A stretch of DNA of 64,000 bases from Vicugna vicugna (lineage: Eukaryota), in the NCBI GenBank assembly GCA_013265495.1, contig MU057703.1:110498-174497 (forward strand), written 5' to 3'. A model generated the notes under the pieces. It saw only the letters and a program-made list of their open reading frames with translations. It was not told the DNA's origin and did no database searches. Each line of letters starts with the position of its first letter. Within the stretch, counting starts at the first letter, position 1. This document shows, one piece after another, positions 51,259 through 64,000 of this stretch. Made by a program: the position numbers and the translations under genes.

Positions 51259-52409
51259 GATATGGATATTGACATCAAATGCTTCATTTAAAAAAAAAAA
51301 CAGATTCAGCCAGTCTTACTGTAACCAAATGATATTTAATTGTTAAAACACTTTAAAGTATTAAAAATACAGCTTCCAATAATCTTGGATATTCCAACAT
51401 CTGTTAAACTCTTAGTTCTTTATTCATTATTAATTAAGAACTAACTATATGAGTCACTAAAATATATGAATATAGAATAAATAGGCATAATTGAGGAAAT
51501 TAATTTGATAACATAGGTCAATATAAAAACCCATTCTGTCTCCATCATTTAGTTTTCAGTTGAAAAAAAAAATCATGTTTCTTTTTGTTGCACTTGTTAC
51601 GTCTTCTACAAATGAAATTATTCCTTACCACATTTCTCTCTTTTCAAACCACTTGAATTTTATATGTATTATAATAATATTCTGGGACCAGATTTTTGTC
51701 GTGCTTCTTATTGAGAGCCTCTTAAATTGTTTTATTTATTCACTTAATATAGCCATTGAATGATAACTATGTGTCTGACATTTTGGTCACTCACTGTTGT
51801 GTGGTTTTTTAAACTTTTCACTGTAAACTTCAGCACTGAGGTTGAATTGGGACAGGGAAGAAATAACTCAGCAAAATAGTTTGCTGTTAGAAGATTTTGA
51901 AAATATTTTGGTGTGAATTATTTTGGTTTCATTTGAAGCCTTAATACTGTTGGTGTTTTTACTAATTTCTCCCCTACCCCCCCAACTATATTATCACAAG
52001 GAGAAATACGTTTGGTGACACTAATAAAAAAAGCCACTGTCTTCATTTAGAAATACATACTTGACAAAAATTCCCTTTGCAGATTTTGAGAGACCTGCAA
52101 TTAATTAATTCAATTCATTTAGGATTTGCGGAGCCTTGTGGTTTAGTTTGATTTGAATGGAGTTGAAATTTTGTACCAAATAGTTCTGCAGGTGACTTTG
52201 CCAATAAAACCTCTCCACAGAGTAAAATAGATTTTCACAGCACGTTGAAGGAGAAACCAGATATTTTATAAATCTGGTAGAGGGATATTTTTATTTTATG
52301 TTCTATTTTCTGCCTCACTTTGGAAATTCTGCTTGTTTGCACATGATTCTTCACATTCGTTTTACTTTAACTTATGATTCTACTTGTTAAAACAAAAATA
52401 AAAACAAAA

Positions 52410-53700
52410 ATCTTTGAGCTCCTACTGTGTTCAAGTCACTCTACTGGATTCAAGAACATTGGAATATTCAGACAAATCTCTTTCCTTAGGGAATTCATAT
52501 TCTGGTTAAGGAATCAGATTATATGCTTTTAGCAGAAGGATTAATTTACTAATTGAATGAATGTTCATTGAGAGTTTCCAATATACTGAATTAGGGATAC
52601 AGCTATAAAGAATATTATCTCTACTCATGGAGTTTACATTCCCTTTGAGGAGTTGGGTGTTTGGTGGCATCAAAAATTAATAGAATAAGTTCAGATAATG
52701 ATAAATTCTAAAGAGGCAAAAAGGCAGGGAAGGGGATAGAGAGTGATTTTATATGTACATGAATATATGTGTGTGTGTGTGTCTGCGTGTTGGTGAATAT
52801 TTTAGAAAAGATGGTCAGAGAGGGTCTCATCATAGAAGTAAGCCATGAAAAGATGTAAAGAAAGAATTAAATAGACGAAGAAGGATTAATGTGCAGGGAT
52901 CCAGGAGCCTAGTGAGCAAGGGCAGGGTGACAAATCCCAGAGCAGAAATGAGGAGGCAAGGCTGGCAGGTACACAGTGAAGCCTGATGTTTTTGTCTTTT
53001 CTTCTAAGTATAGGAACGCACTAGATGGCTTTCAGCAGGGCTGTAACCTGATATGATTTACATTTTAATATATCAGTTTGGCTGCTGTATGGAGAAGGAC
53101 TGCAGAGGGCAAAAGAAGAAATAGTCTTGTCAGGAAATTAGTGCTGGACAATGGCAGCGTAGACAACAATACAAAGAAGTTGTGAGGAGAATAAGTCATC
53201 CTTAATGTCAATCAGCTTGACTGTGATTCGCTGTTAGAGAAGTGAAATTAAGGAATAGGAATCTGTGTTACAAGGAAGGGCATGTTCGTTAGAGGCAATG
53301 GGAAACTCTTTGGTAAAAGAAGTTTTAAATTGAATTACCTCTTTCTGGACTCCCCACAAAGAAGAGTATTAGGCAATAAAGCTGTGGAGGCAAGCGATCC
53401 AGACCGTGGAGGGTGTGAAACACAAGTTTAGGGATTAGTACTTCGTTCTGTAGGCAGCAGATATAATCGCAGATGTTTTAAGAGGACAATGAAATGCACA
53501 ATTTGGCACTTTAGACCAGATGATCTGAAACTGGGTTGTAGTATTTTCTGAAGAACAGGAGGAGAAAAGTATCAGGGGGGATTTAAGATGAGCATCTGGG
53601 CAGAGACCAGGGTTAGTGTTCATTGCTAAGTGAGAAATGATGGAAAGAAAGACAATGTAATGAGTTGAAGGAGAAGGAAGAATGAGAGATAACTCCAAGC
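52410..53700 (-). mobile_element. LINE-2 fragments (antisense)
   Basis: ttgagctcctactgtgttcaag, ctactcatggagtttacatt, tcagtttggctgctgtatggagaa. Confidence 0.6.
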
Positions 53701-55399
53701 TGACATAAAAGATACACAGCACCTTTACTCCCTCCACAAACCGATCAGGTAGGTAATGTTTTCATTGGACAGATGAAGAAATTGAGGCGCTCAAGGCATA
53801 GTAGCTTCTCAAGTTCCCAAAGCTACTGAGTGTCAGATGGAAGTTTTAAACCCAGGTAGATTATATAACACTGTCCCCAAACGTTCTGAAATAATCTGAA
53901 GTTTCTAAAGCTTGGTTGCACACGTATCTTGTCCTCTGATCTCAAGATACTCATTTTCATGTTGAAATAGTTGTTATACTTGAAAACTGTGGTGCTCATC
54001 TAGAAATACTGCCGGTGGGGTACCCCAGATGTTTAAAACACAGTGCAAAATCAAAACTGTGTTTCAGTAGAACTTGGGCTTGTATTCTCATTGTTTTTAC
54101 TCAATCATGAAAATGATATTAATATATTGGTTTCTAATGTCTTATATATAGGAGATATTTCATTACATCTGCTTCTGTACTGATTTAATCAACTATCCAT
54201 AACAAGTCTACTTGTAAACTAACGAGCAGGGAAAAAGTGAGATGAAGTCAAAGGAATCAAGCTGAAGAAACAATTTAGTAGAAGAGAGAATACTTTTTCA
54301 ATAAGTTTAAATAGTTTAAAAATTAATGTGCGATACGTATTTTTAATCTACTCTTGCCAAGTTAAAATAAAATGTGTTAGACCTGAAAACCAATAGAATG
54401 CCCCTGAGGCCCTTATTCCTGGCCTTACGCCATGGCATTCCTTGATATTAGTGAATTATTTTAATTTAATTCTTTCAATTGTTGTTAGAAATGATGAACC
54501 TAGTGTTCTGATTTATTAGTTCTCACTAAAGAGCGCTAATAATTTATTATCTCTCTGGAGTTCTATTCCATTTTGTAAGAACAGTTCAGGGACTGAACTG
54601 TATAATAATTATACAGAGCTGTCCTTTTCTAAAGATTTAAGGTAAATCACCACAAATTAACAGTCATTAATTTCACATAGTGGACCAAGTGTTTTAGCAA
54701 AGTAGATGTACAGTTTATTTAATCAATCAAAAAAGAAAGTAGGCAGCGTATATCTCCATTGTCCACCTTCCAGTGATCTTTTTGAGTGAAGAATATTCTT
54801 TTGATGATTATGCTTAGTCCTTCACATGTTTTTGCAAATAATACTGTGAAGTATGTTAATGCTACTTGAGGTAACTTTCAAATAAAGGAAATAAGGCATC
54901 CTTTTGGTGTCTAGAAGCCAGGATATAAGTTCAGTTCATAATTTTTTTCATTAATAACCTGGTAGGTGTGAGGTCCTGATTGAGCACTGAGCAGAAAGTT
55001 ATAAATAACTATATAACGGCAATAGTAATAGTTATATATATTAGTTCATTTAATTCTCCCAACAACCTTAGGAACCAGATCTTATTTATGATCACCTCAC
55101 TTTCACAGAGAATAAAAATGAGGTTCAGAGGTTAAATAGCATGACCAAAGACATGGGATGGCAGAGCCACAATTATAATCCAAATATGTACGACCTTGAG
55201 TGCTATAAATTGCCCCTAAGTACTATATTTTTAATAACAATTAAAAGATATGTCAATTGGCTAATGTAAATGTTCATTAAATAAGAATTTACTAAATTTT
55301 GATCAAGCCATGCAATATATTATATTGTTCCTTTTCCTTAGCATGTTGCCATCATTATAGATTTATTTACTATATAATTTGTTTATGTTTGGCAAAGAT

Positions 55400-57300
55400 A
55401 ATAGCATGGAAAGTAGATTTAAAGGGAAAGAAAATTGGTATAGAAGTATATATTCGGTAGCCACATGACATAGTGCAGATGAGAATTAGGAGGAGCTGAA
55501 ATAAATTCATTAATTAGCATAATGGTATAAACAGTGTAAATGACATTTAGTGAGTGCCTAATATGGGCTGAAGGCTGGTGTAAACACAAAGTAAATGCTC
55601 CTTGCTCTCACTGAGCTTGCATTTCACAAAAAGTAAGTACACATCAGGTGGTAATAGGTGCTGTGAAGAGCTTCAGTAAAGTTGGCTAAGGGGGGTGGGG
55701 AGCCTGTGGAAAGAGGGGCTTCGGGGTCTGGAGTGTTATGGACAGGATCTTCACTATTTTGCATACTTGGTTAGAGAAGTCTCGATTAAGACTGGAAGGG
55801 GTGATGTACTATGTCAAATGTTCCTTCTAGTTCCTATAAAATGAGAGTGGAGAACTGACCATGAATTTGATGGTGCAGAAGTCATCAGAGCCTTGACAAG
55901 AGCTACTGCATGGATTGGTGAAAAGATAAGCCTGATCGGATGGGTTCAAGAGAATAGGAGAAGAGGAAAGGGAGATAGTATTAACAGCTCTTTTGAGTTT
56001 TGCAATTAAAAAAAATAAAACAAAACAAAACAGAAATGGAACAGTAGTTGGATGGGAATGTGGATCAAGGAAGGCTTGCTGCCATTTTTAAGATAAAAGA
56101 AATTTAAAATCAGGTTTACATGATGATGATCATCCAGAAGAGAGGAGAACTCAAGGAGGCAGGAGGCAGGGTGATATAATGGGGTATTGTCTTTGAGTAG
56201 CTGAAAAGGTATGGATGGCTTCCAAGTACATAAGGAGGGATTGGCTTTAGGCAGAAGTAGGGCAGCTCATGCAAATTAACAGAAGAGAAGATGTAATATA
56301 GGAATACAGGAAAAAAATAAGTTGGTGGATGTGGTGCTAGCGATATTTAGGAGTTCTCTCTTGATGACATTTTTTTTCCAAAGAAATAGAAATCATAGCT
56401 GAGAATCAGAAACAGAGGAAGATGTAGTGAGGGATGTTAATGAAGTGTGAACACTCAAGAAAACTCAAGTTTGGTGAAAGAGGATTATAAAGAAAAAAAT
56501 TATTTTCAGGATGTTATGTTGAAGGTCCTGTGGGTCATTCAAGACAAGAAGATATGCAATTCTTTTGCTCAGCCAAAAGATGAAGGCTAGAAACAGATTG
56601 TGGGTATTAGTGGCACAGATAGGGTAATGTAAACCATGATGTAAAAAGCTATGGCCAAAGAGAACTAGTGAAGTGAAGAGAGGAGGCTGAGGTCATAATT
56701 AAAGAATTGTATTATTTGTTTGAGTAAGGAAAGAGTGACAGCAAAGGAGAAAGAGAACAGAGAAGGGTAAAGAAAGCTAGGATAAGGCAGCAACAGCGTT
56801 AACTAGACGAACATTTACAAGGGAGAGTGTACGGTGTTTCAGTGAGTTTGAATAGGATGAAGGCTAAAAGGAGATCATCACAATTTGAAAATTAGGAAGC
56901 TATTGATTAACAGGCAATTAATTCTGTAGAGTGGTGGGTCTGAGGCTACATTATAGTTGGCTGAAGTTTCAAGGTATTTGGCCATAACTGTGGAAGGAAA
57001 CATCCCTGAGATTAGTAGCTTTAAAGTGAGGTGAAGTCCAGGGAAGATTTACATTTTAATAGAATTTTCCTAAGTATCTCCTTTGTGCAGACACCACTCC
57101 AGGTAGCCTTGAACAAAATGGACATATGAAAACCAGAAAACTGATAAAACCCTAGTCCTCAAATATTCTACATTCTAATTTGGGTTATTTCTTTTAGCCT
57201 GGGAAGCCTTGAGCATTTTCAAGTTTTATACTAGGAGAAAGAGTCAAAGGACAGAGAGGAAGAAAAGAGGTGGTTCCAGGGAACAACAGAGCAAAGGGAA
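55400..57300 (-). mobile_element. LINE-2 fragments (antisense, purine-rich)
   Basis: acatttagtgagtgccta, ccttgctctcactgagcttgcatt, gccttgacaagagc, gggttcaagagaatagg. Confidence 0.6.
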
Positions 57301-60099
57301 GTTCACAAAGTGTAGGGGGTCACTTAACATCACAAGAGGAAGCCATTATAAAATGCAAAAAAAAAAGTCAACCTTGATTTTCAATTTATGGCATTTACAT
57401 GAACAAGGATTTTGTACACACTATGGTGAGAGGAAGGTTATGCTAGGTTTCAGAAGACTGTGGTTCTGTTCCCACACTTAGACAAGCAAAGGAAAGACCC
57501 TTATGGGACCCCAGCTTCTTTTGTGTAAATTAGCGGTATCTGTTCAATGGCAAAGTGTTTGTTACTTTGGTTAAATGAGATTATCAACTCTGCAAAGAGC
57601 CTTATAAATCAAAAGTTTTATTATAAGAAAATGGTAATTGACAGGGCACATCTGCAAATCATGTGACCTATATTTTGTGGTTTTTAAAATCTTATTTTAT
57701 AATCATTCTTTTTATTTATTTGACTGTAATTGGACTAAAAATTCAACTTTTTGCTTCATATTTTAATGTTTCCTTATTTATAAAATATATTGATAAAAAC
57801 ACTTGATTGCTTATTATGAGCAAGTTAACAAAATAAATTTAGAATATATAATGCCCTTTGACAGTTGTGCTCTAATACAAGGACAAAGCCTTTATTATGC
57901 CTTGTGTGATCACATGTTATAGTAGATGAGCCCTGGCTTACAATGACTGCTTTATCTGATGTTTATTAGCCCATGCCTTGGTGCAATTGAATTTGTCCTA
58001 AATTCACTGTTTCAGAGCTACCACGTGTATAGTACATTCATTGTCCTATGAATAATAATCTCTTGCTTGAGTCAAGAGACTATAACCTTCAGACTTTTAA
58101 GGTTCTTTTCTTGTAGGTTCCAGAAACTCCTGTTAAAATGTTGAACTGTGTAAAGACAATACAATATTTCAAGTGGAGGAAACTTTATCCTTCTCTGAGA
58201 CAATTTTTAAAAATAATTAATTATGTAATCTATAAGATCAGGCTTGTGCATCATTCTCTCCCTTGGTGGAAACATTAATGAATGTGATCTGAGTGTGGGT
58301 TTCACTTTGTGATTATTTCCTCTAATTCCAAATAAGACAGACAATTCCATGGTACATCAAATTGTTTATAATTCTAATCTCTATTACTGGGAGTTTCTAG
58401 TAATTTAGAGTATTACTTAATGTTTAAAATGATATCACAAAAGTTAAAGATAAAAAATTTGAAGTGTAACATTTTAAACTCTAGAACACTTTAGAATCTC
58501 TTTAGATATATAACATCTGATTTATAAAAACGATAATGCTGTTTCCCTTAGTCTCTTCTATGTTACTAAATAAACAAATAAGTACTTAAGTTCAGAAATA
58601 TTCTATGACTGCCCAGCTACCTGCTTGGAATACAGAGCCAAGAATCTTCATCACTGCAGTCTATGTCATCGCATTTGGTATAACTAAATAGCTGCAGATA
58701 CGGTGCTGGTGGTGGAGAGGAGAGAGTGAAATCTGACCCAACCTTGCAGTAAGCTAGCTTTCCCTGTACATGGGACTGAAAACCATATGACACCCTGAGG
58801 TGCTATTGAGTCTGACCAATTCCCATTAAATGGAGTGAAGAGAAAACTCTATTTTCCTTCCCAACTCGCCTCCTTCCTTTTCACCATCTTCAATAGTCGT
58901 TGCTTTTTCAACTGCTAGACACTGAATATACTGCTATAAAAAGGTAGAAAATACTGGAGAAAATTCTAGTTACTCATAGCTCCGTAACTCAGAATAGCTA
59001 TTTTGCGTGTGTGTGTGATTGAAGGAAAGTACAGTGTTTATTATAGGGCACCAAGCAAGGAGTTCAGGACAGCTAGTGTTCAAAAAGCCCGAATTCCAGA
59101 ATAACCACTTTTAATACTCTGCTCTCCAATCATCTTTCAGTGTGTTATTTATAATGAATACTACAATGAATATTTTAGAAAAATGAGACCATTTATTTGA
59201 TACAATTTTGTAACCTTTTAGATTTGTCAGTGTGCCTGGAACAACATCACATATCCCTACATATTGTACAGGATTATGATTAATTGTCTTATTGTATATT
59301 AACATGAGGGTGTATTATAATTTAAGTAATATGCTGTTCAGAAATTTACATTGTTTTTAATTTTTTTGCTGTTATAAAATAACCATAATTTTTAGATTTT
59401 TGCTTCATATTGCCAGCTTACCTTCAGGAATTTATCAGTTGATATCCCAACTACTATGAGAACCCTGACTTTCTTATATATTTCACTATACTGGGTACAC
59501 TATATTTATAGATAAATGTATTTAAAAATGTGTGTTTATGTTGTATATGTATATATTTATGAAAATATCTCTTTTTAAAAGTTTGTATTATTAAATATTT
59601 GTAAAGTTAAATATTTTTCATATATGCTGGCTATCGCTTTATCTTCTTTTGAAATTCTTAATCTTGTGTATTGCCCAGTTTTTGCTTTTAAGCAATAATC
59701 TGTAACAGTTATTTGTGTTTTAATGATATTTTCCTTTTTCTATTATTTATGTTGCAAACTTTCCCCAGATCATCAATATGTTTATAGTTTTATTTATTTA
59801 TTTATTTTTTAAATCTACCTACCTTCTTTTTGGTTTTGAAATGTCATAATTATTACATCTAATGTTAGGTCTGTTTATGTACCTCTAGTCCATTAAAAAT
59901 TCTATGTCTATTTTTAGTACCATTTTTATATTAGTGTTGCTTTATAGTAGGTTTTAATACTTTTCATTCAATCGTATCTTTATACATTTCATAAGTTTCT
60001 AAAATTGCTTGGTTATTCTCACTGTCTATCCATTTATTCTTCCAGAAAAAAATTATCTATTTCTTTTCCTATTTCCTCACTCTTCTAAGGAAATATATT

Positions 60100-61060
60100 T
60101 GGGAAAAGAGAAGTAATAACAAGTTTGTATGTTAATGGAAATGAACAGTGGGTGTTGAAAAAAAATGTTGATACAAGAAGAAGAGAGGAGACTTACTGGA
60201 GTGATGTGAGTAGGCTAGAGGAATGGGATCTTACATACAAGTGGATGTTTTGATTTTGTAGACTAACACTTACATGGGGTTTACTCAGCAAGGATGGCTT
60301 TTGAGGGCGGGATGTTCAGAGTCTAAGGAGAAAGAGCTAAGTACAACATAGTAACTAGGAGAATGGGAGAGTGAATTGTCTGGTTTAATAGCCCTTTTCA
60401 GGATCCTGTGCTGAATGTAACATGATTATACGGAGTGATTAATTTTCCCAGCTATGTTTAGAGACACAGGCGTAGGCACAGAACAGGTGGAGCTGATTCT
60501 AACTAGGGTTGGATTTAGTCAAGAATAGAGTGAAGCAAGAAAGGGGCAAGGGAGTTGGAGTTTTATACAGTGAAGTGATTTTAGTGATATGCCATGAAAT
60601 TTGTGGCCAGTTAGAACAGTAGGGAGGAGATGTGTTGGGGATGAGGGACAGAAAACAGGTGGTGTATGCATTGATTATAGGTCCTGATGGGGTAGGAGAA
60701 TTGTTGGAGTCAGGGTACTTAATGTGAGTGAACTGGGAAGAAAGAAGGTGGTAGGCAGGGAATGTGATGCTAGAAATTGAGATTATGGAGGATTTTTTTT
60801 TTTTTTTGGTGTGACCAGAGGAGCTGAGGTAGTGTTGATGACGAGATCACCAAATGAGAGGAAGTCAAGGGATCTAGAGACCAGTATATTGAAGGAGTCA
60901 TGGATAGAGATATTAAAACCATTCAAAAACTGAGATGAGATTAGTGTTGGAGATTGTGACAATGAGCAAAGATTTCTGAGAAATGAGTACTTGACTGCAC
61001 CAAGAAAGGGTACTGGATAGGCAATCTAATAACATAAGATTACAAGCTGAGGGTTGTTCA
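60100..61060 (-). mobile_element. Probable LINE-2 ORF region (antisense)
   Basis: Purine-rich degenerate text (gagaggaagtcaagggatctagagaccag). Visual recognition only. Confidence 0.45.
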
Positions 61061-61089
61061 GGAGATCTGGTGCAGTAGATGTCTCCTAA

Positions 61090-61432
61090 GCTTAGAATGT
61101 TTCCCTCCAGACCTCCCACTAGTTTGCTCCTTCTTATTCATTTATTAGGTCTTTGCTCAACTGTCACCTCCTTTAAGAGGCTTTGCCCTGTTCTCTCATC
61201 TAAAATAGTCCCTCAAAGCATACTCTGCTTTGTGTTTTACTTGTTTTGCATTTTAATGGCATTCATAACTAATCAAAAACACCTTGTTTATTTACTTGTT
61301 TTTATACACTGGTTCTCTGAAGAACATAGATGTTTTGAAAACAGTGATTTTGCTTGTCTTGGTTGTGGTTCATTTCCAAGATTTCTGGCACATAGTAGGC
61401 AGACAATAATTAGTTACTGATTGAATAAATAT
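61090..61432 (+). mobile_element. LINE-2 3' end
   Basis: ctggcacatagtaggcagacaataattagttactgattgaataaat tail. Confidence 0.75.
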
Positions 61433-62530
61433 TTATAGGGTTAAATGTTCTCTCTTTTCCCTGTGACTTCTTCCAGAATCCAAATGCACTTTCTTAAAGC
61501 AATCTTCCAACACAGAGCGTTCAGCCTTTGCATAAAACTTCCTATTTACAACCTTCTCCTTAAGACAGATAGATTAGAAAGACAGATAGGAAAAGGTATA
61601 AAGGTAAGCTTGTTCTGTTTGCCTTGTGATAGTTATTGAAGTTAGGACTCAAAGATGTTGTCACTCATTACTTCAGGAAGGACTCACCAGTGGGATAATG
61701 AACTTGAAGTACAATTATCTCCTGATTTATTAGTTTCAGCCATCACGATGCTTAGCCAATAGTCAGCTTCCCACAGATCAGCATTCCAAAACTGTAAACT
61801 TGGTGCGCCTCTCAGTAGGACTATACATTTTGCTCATTTTTTTTTTGAAACCAGACCAAAGATGAATTGAAAACCTTATTAGAAAAGAAAAGAAGGAAAA
61901 ACCCATTTAACCATTTTCAGTCCTTTCTTTACACAAATAACTTACATATCTTTATATTTTTGTGCTAAATACAAAGTACTAGAGATAAATTTATGTTCTT
62001 ATATTTTGACTACTAGTAGAAATATTATGTAACTAATTAACATGCTATTTAGTTTACATATAATAAACTAGAACTAGCATGGTCTAGTAGAGTGAGCCCT
62101 TGGTGTTGTCAAGGATTAATTAAGATAACATATGTAAATTGATTTCCCCTTCTTTTCTCTTTAACGGGCCAGATATGTGTTATTTATCTTCTTACACAGA
62201 ATAAAATTATCCACCTTAATTTGATGCCCAAGGCAAGAAATTTTTTCCACATTGTAGATGATTATTATGTAGCATGAGTCTAATTGTTGCTGCCCTATTT
62301 TTATAACGTGTCATTCTGTAATCACATCAGTGATTTAATGTTTCTAATCATTTACATTTTTAAGCCTCCGGTATTATGAATATTTTACATAGTAATTGAT
62401 TTATGTTTATGTACTCAGAATATTTCAAGTTCAAAACAAAATGCTCTTTTGGTGTTTTGAGAGTTTTATAGGCAACTAAATGAGAAATTCGCTGCAATTT
62501 TCAATTCTGCACCTACCAAGTGAATATCTT

Positions 62531-62890
62531 TGTACTAGTCAGCTTGGGCTGCCAGAGCAAAATGCCATAAACTGGGTGGTTTACACAGCAGAAAGTTATT
62601 TTGTCACAATTCTGGAGGCTGGGAAGTCCAACACCATGGTTGGGTTCTGGTGGGGACTCTCCTCTACCTTGTAGATGGCCACTTTTCCATGGTGTCCTCA
62701 CATGCCAGAGCGAGAAGCGAACAGGCTCTCTAGTGTGTCTTCTTATAAGGGCACGAATCCCATCATGAGGGCACCACATCCATGACCTCATTGAAACCCA
62801 TTCATCTCCCAAAGGCCCCATCTCCAAATATCATCACTTTGGGGGTGAGGGCTTCAACATATAAGATTGGGGGAGATACTTCAGTCCAGA
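62531..62890 (-). mobile_element. MaLR LTR (MLT1A-like), near full length
   Basis: tgtactagtcagcttgggctgcc..., ttctggaggctgggaagtccaa, tcttataagggcacgaatcccatcatgaggg, ggcttcaacatat. Confidence 0.85.
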
Positions 62891-63059
62891 GTGGACCTTA
62901 AACTAAAGTAAAAATGAGTTGGAGTATAATTGCAAGAGGTTACCACCATTTAGATTTCTGGTTGGAAGGTGGCCCTTTACAGCCGCTTCAAAGTTATGTT
63001 TTCTCTATGGAAGCTCTACATCATAAAATTTTGCATCCAGGAAGACTATGAGTTCTGGG

Positions 63060-63870
63060 GGTTTTTGTTTGTTTTGTTTGTATTATGAGTTATCATATGT
63101 ACAAAACTAGACAGAAAAGTTAGTAAACACTTATGTACACCTGACCCAGTTTCAACAGTTATCAACTCAGTGTGAATGTGGTGTTCTCTTTATCTCACTC
63201 ACTGGTACACGACTTGCCTCAGATCTGGAATCAACCATTGTCTCCAAGTTTTATGAGTCCTTTTTATTTTAAGTCTTTAATTTTGTTGCTAGGGCATTTT
63301 TACTACTGCTGGGTTGATAATTTTGTTTGTTTGTTTGTTTGTCTTTTTTCATTTGACAGAGTAGGATAAATATGTTTTGTCTTGATTCTGAAAATCACTT
63401 GTATTATTGGTTGATACTGATTCTTACAATTGGAATTCAAGACTGGAAGAATTTTAGTTAATCTCTTCTATCTTGTATTCTCCCCTGTCAAGAATCCCTA
63501 TGTCAGGAAAATTAGGGATGATAAGTTTATATGATCACAAAATCACACATTTATTTCTTGCAATATTATGCTCACAACAGTGTCTGTTATGCCAACACTA
63601 CCACCAACATTATTATTACTGATGGAATGTAATTTTTTGGCGGTTCTTTTGCCTGTAGATTAATAGCCCATGAAAGATTTGCAGTCAAATTACTGTGTGT
63701 ATTTTTAAAAAGATTTTTGTTATGAAAAGAAAGGGAGATCTACCATCTTCACAATTTTTATGTCTACAATACAATATTGTTAATATAGAACACTGCTGTG
63801 CAGCAGGGGTCTAGAACCTGTCCATCTTGCATAATTGGGACCTCATGCCGGCTGATTAGCAGCTTCTTAT
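63060..63870 (-). mobile_element. Old L1 (L1MB/MC-like) 3' end fragments
   Basis: acccagtttcaacagttatcaac, ctggaatcaaccattgtctccaag, ctacaatacaatattgttaatatag..ctagaacc. Confidence 0.55.
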
Positions 63871-64000
63871 CTGGAAGAGTTTCAGTGTGGTCGTACTGCT
63901 CATCGGGTACACATTTGGAATCACTGGTTTCATTTTATTTTTAATTTTAGATACTTCTGTTTGAAATGTGGATTTATTTTATAGTTACCTGAAATATTTA

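Larger units (their letters stand above)
9590..64000 (+). other. CNTN1: 5' portion of a long first intron (continues beyond the window)
   Basis: Follows the donor; repeat-rich with no recognisable coding exon. Gene identity depends on the exon 1 call. Confidence 0.6.

Noticed and set aside
1..64000. CRISPR arrays, operons, prokaryotic defence systems, rRNA genes
   Set aside because: The sequence is mammalian non-coding DNA; no regularly spaced repeat-spacer array or dense coding is present.

Overview
AT-rich mammalian genomic DNA, probably camelid (inferred from two short tRNA-derived SINEs of the Vic-1 type, camelid-type L1 3' ends, and no recognisable Alu, Bov-tA or PRE-1). I can support no protein-coding host exon. 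The main feature is a CpG-island promoter (~9.2-10.6 kb) with two CCAAT boxes, a GC box, a TATA-like element and an ETS site. It drives a short + strand first exon ending at CAG|GTAGGA (9589/9590). From memory this exon matches the non-coding exon 1 of CNTN1 (contactin-1); this is unverified. The remaining ~54 kb would then be the start of its very long first intron. The rest is interspersed repeats (L1, L2, MIR, ERV1 and MaLR LTRs, hAT MITEs, SINEs) and microsatellites. All long ORFs in the track are decayed L1 ORF2, GC-rich or microsatellite artefacts. I found no convincing novel multi-gene system. The best leads are a ~790-nt AG-free polypyrimidine tract ending in a well-formed 102-nt cryptic exon, recursive-splice-type TAG|GTAAG sites, tandem uORFs in exon 1, a twin-primed inverted L1 carrying a nested 51-bp micro-L1, and a 138-bp intronic duplication with a palindromic core. 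Boundaries of old repeats are approximate and family names come from visual recognition.
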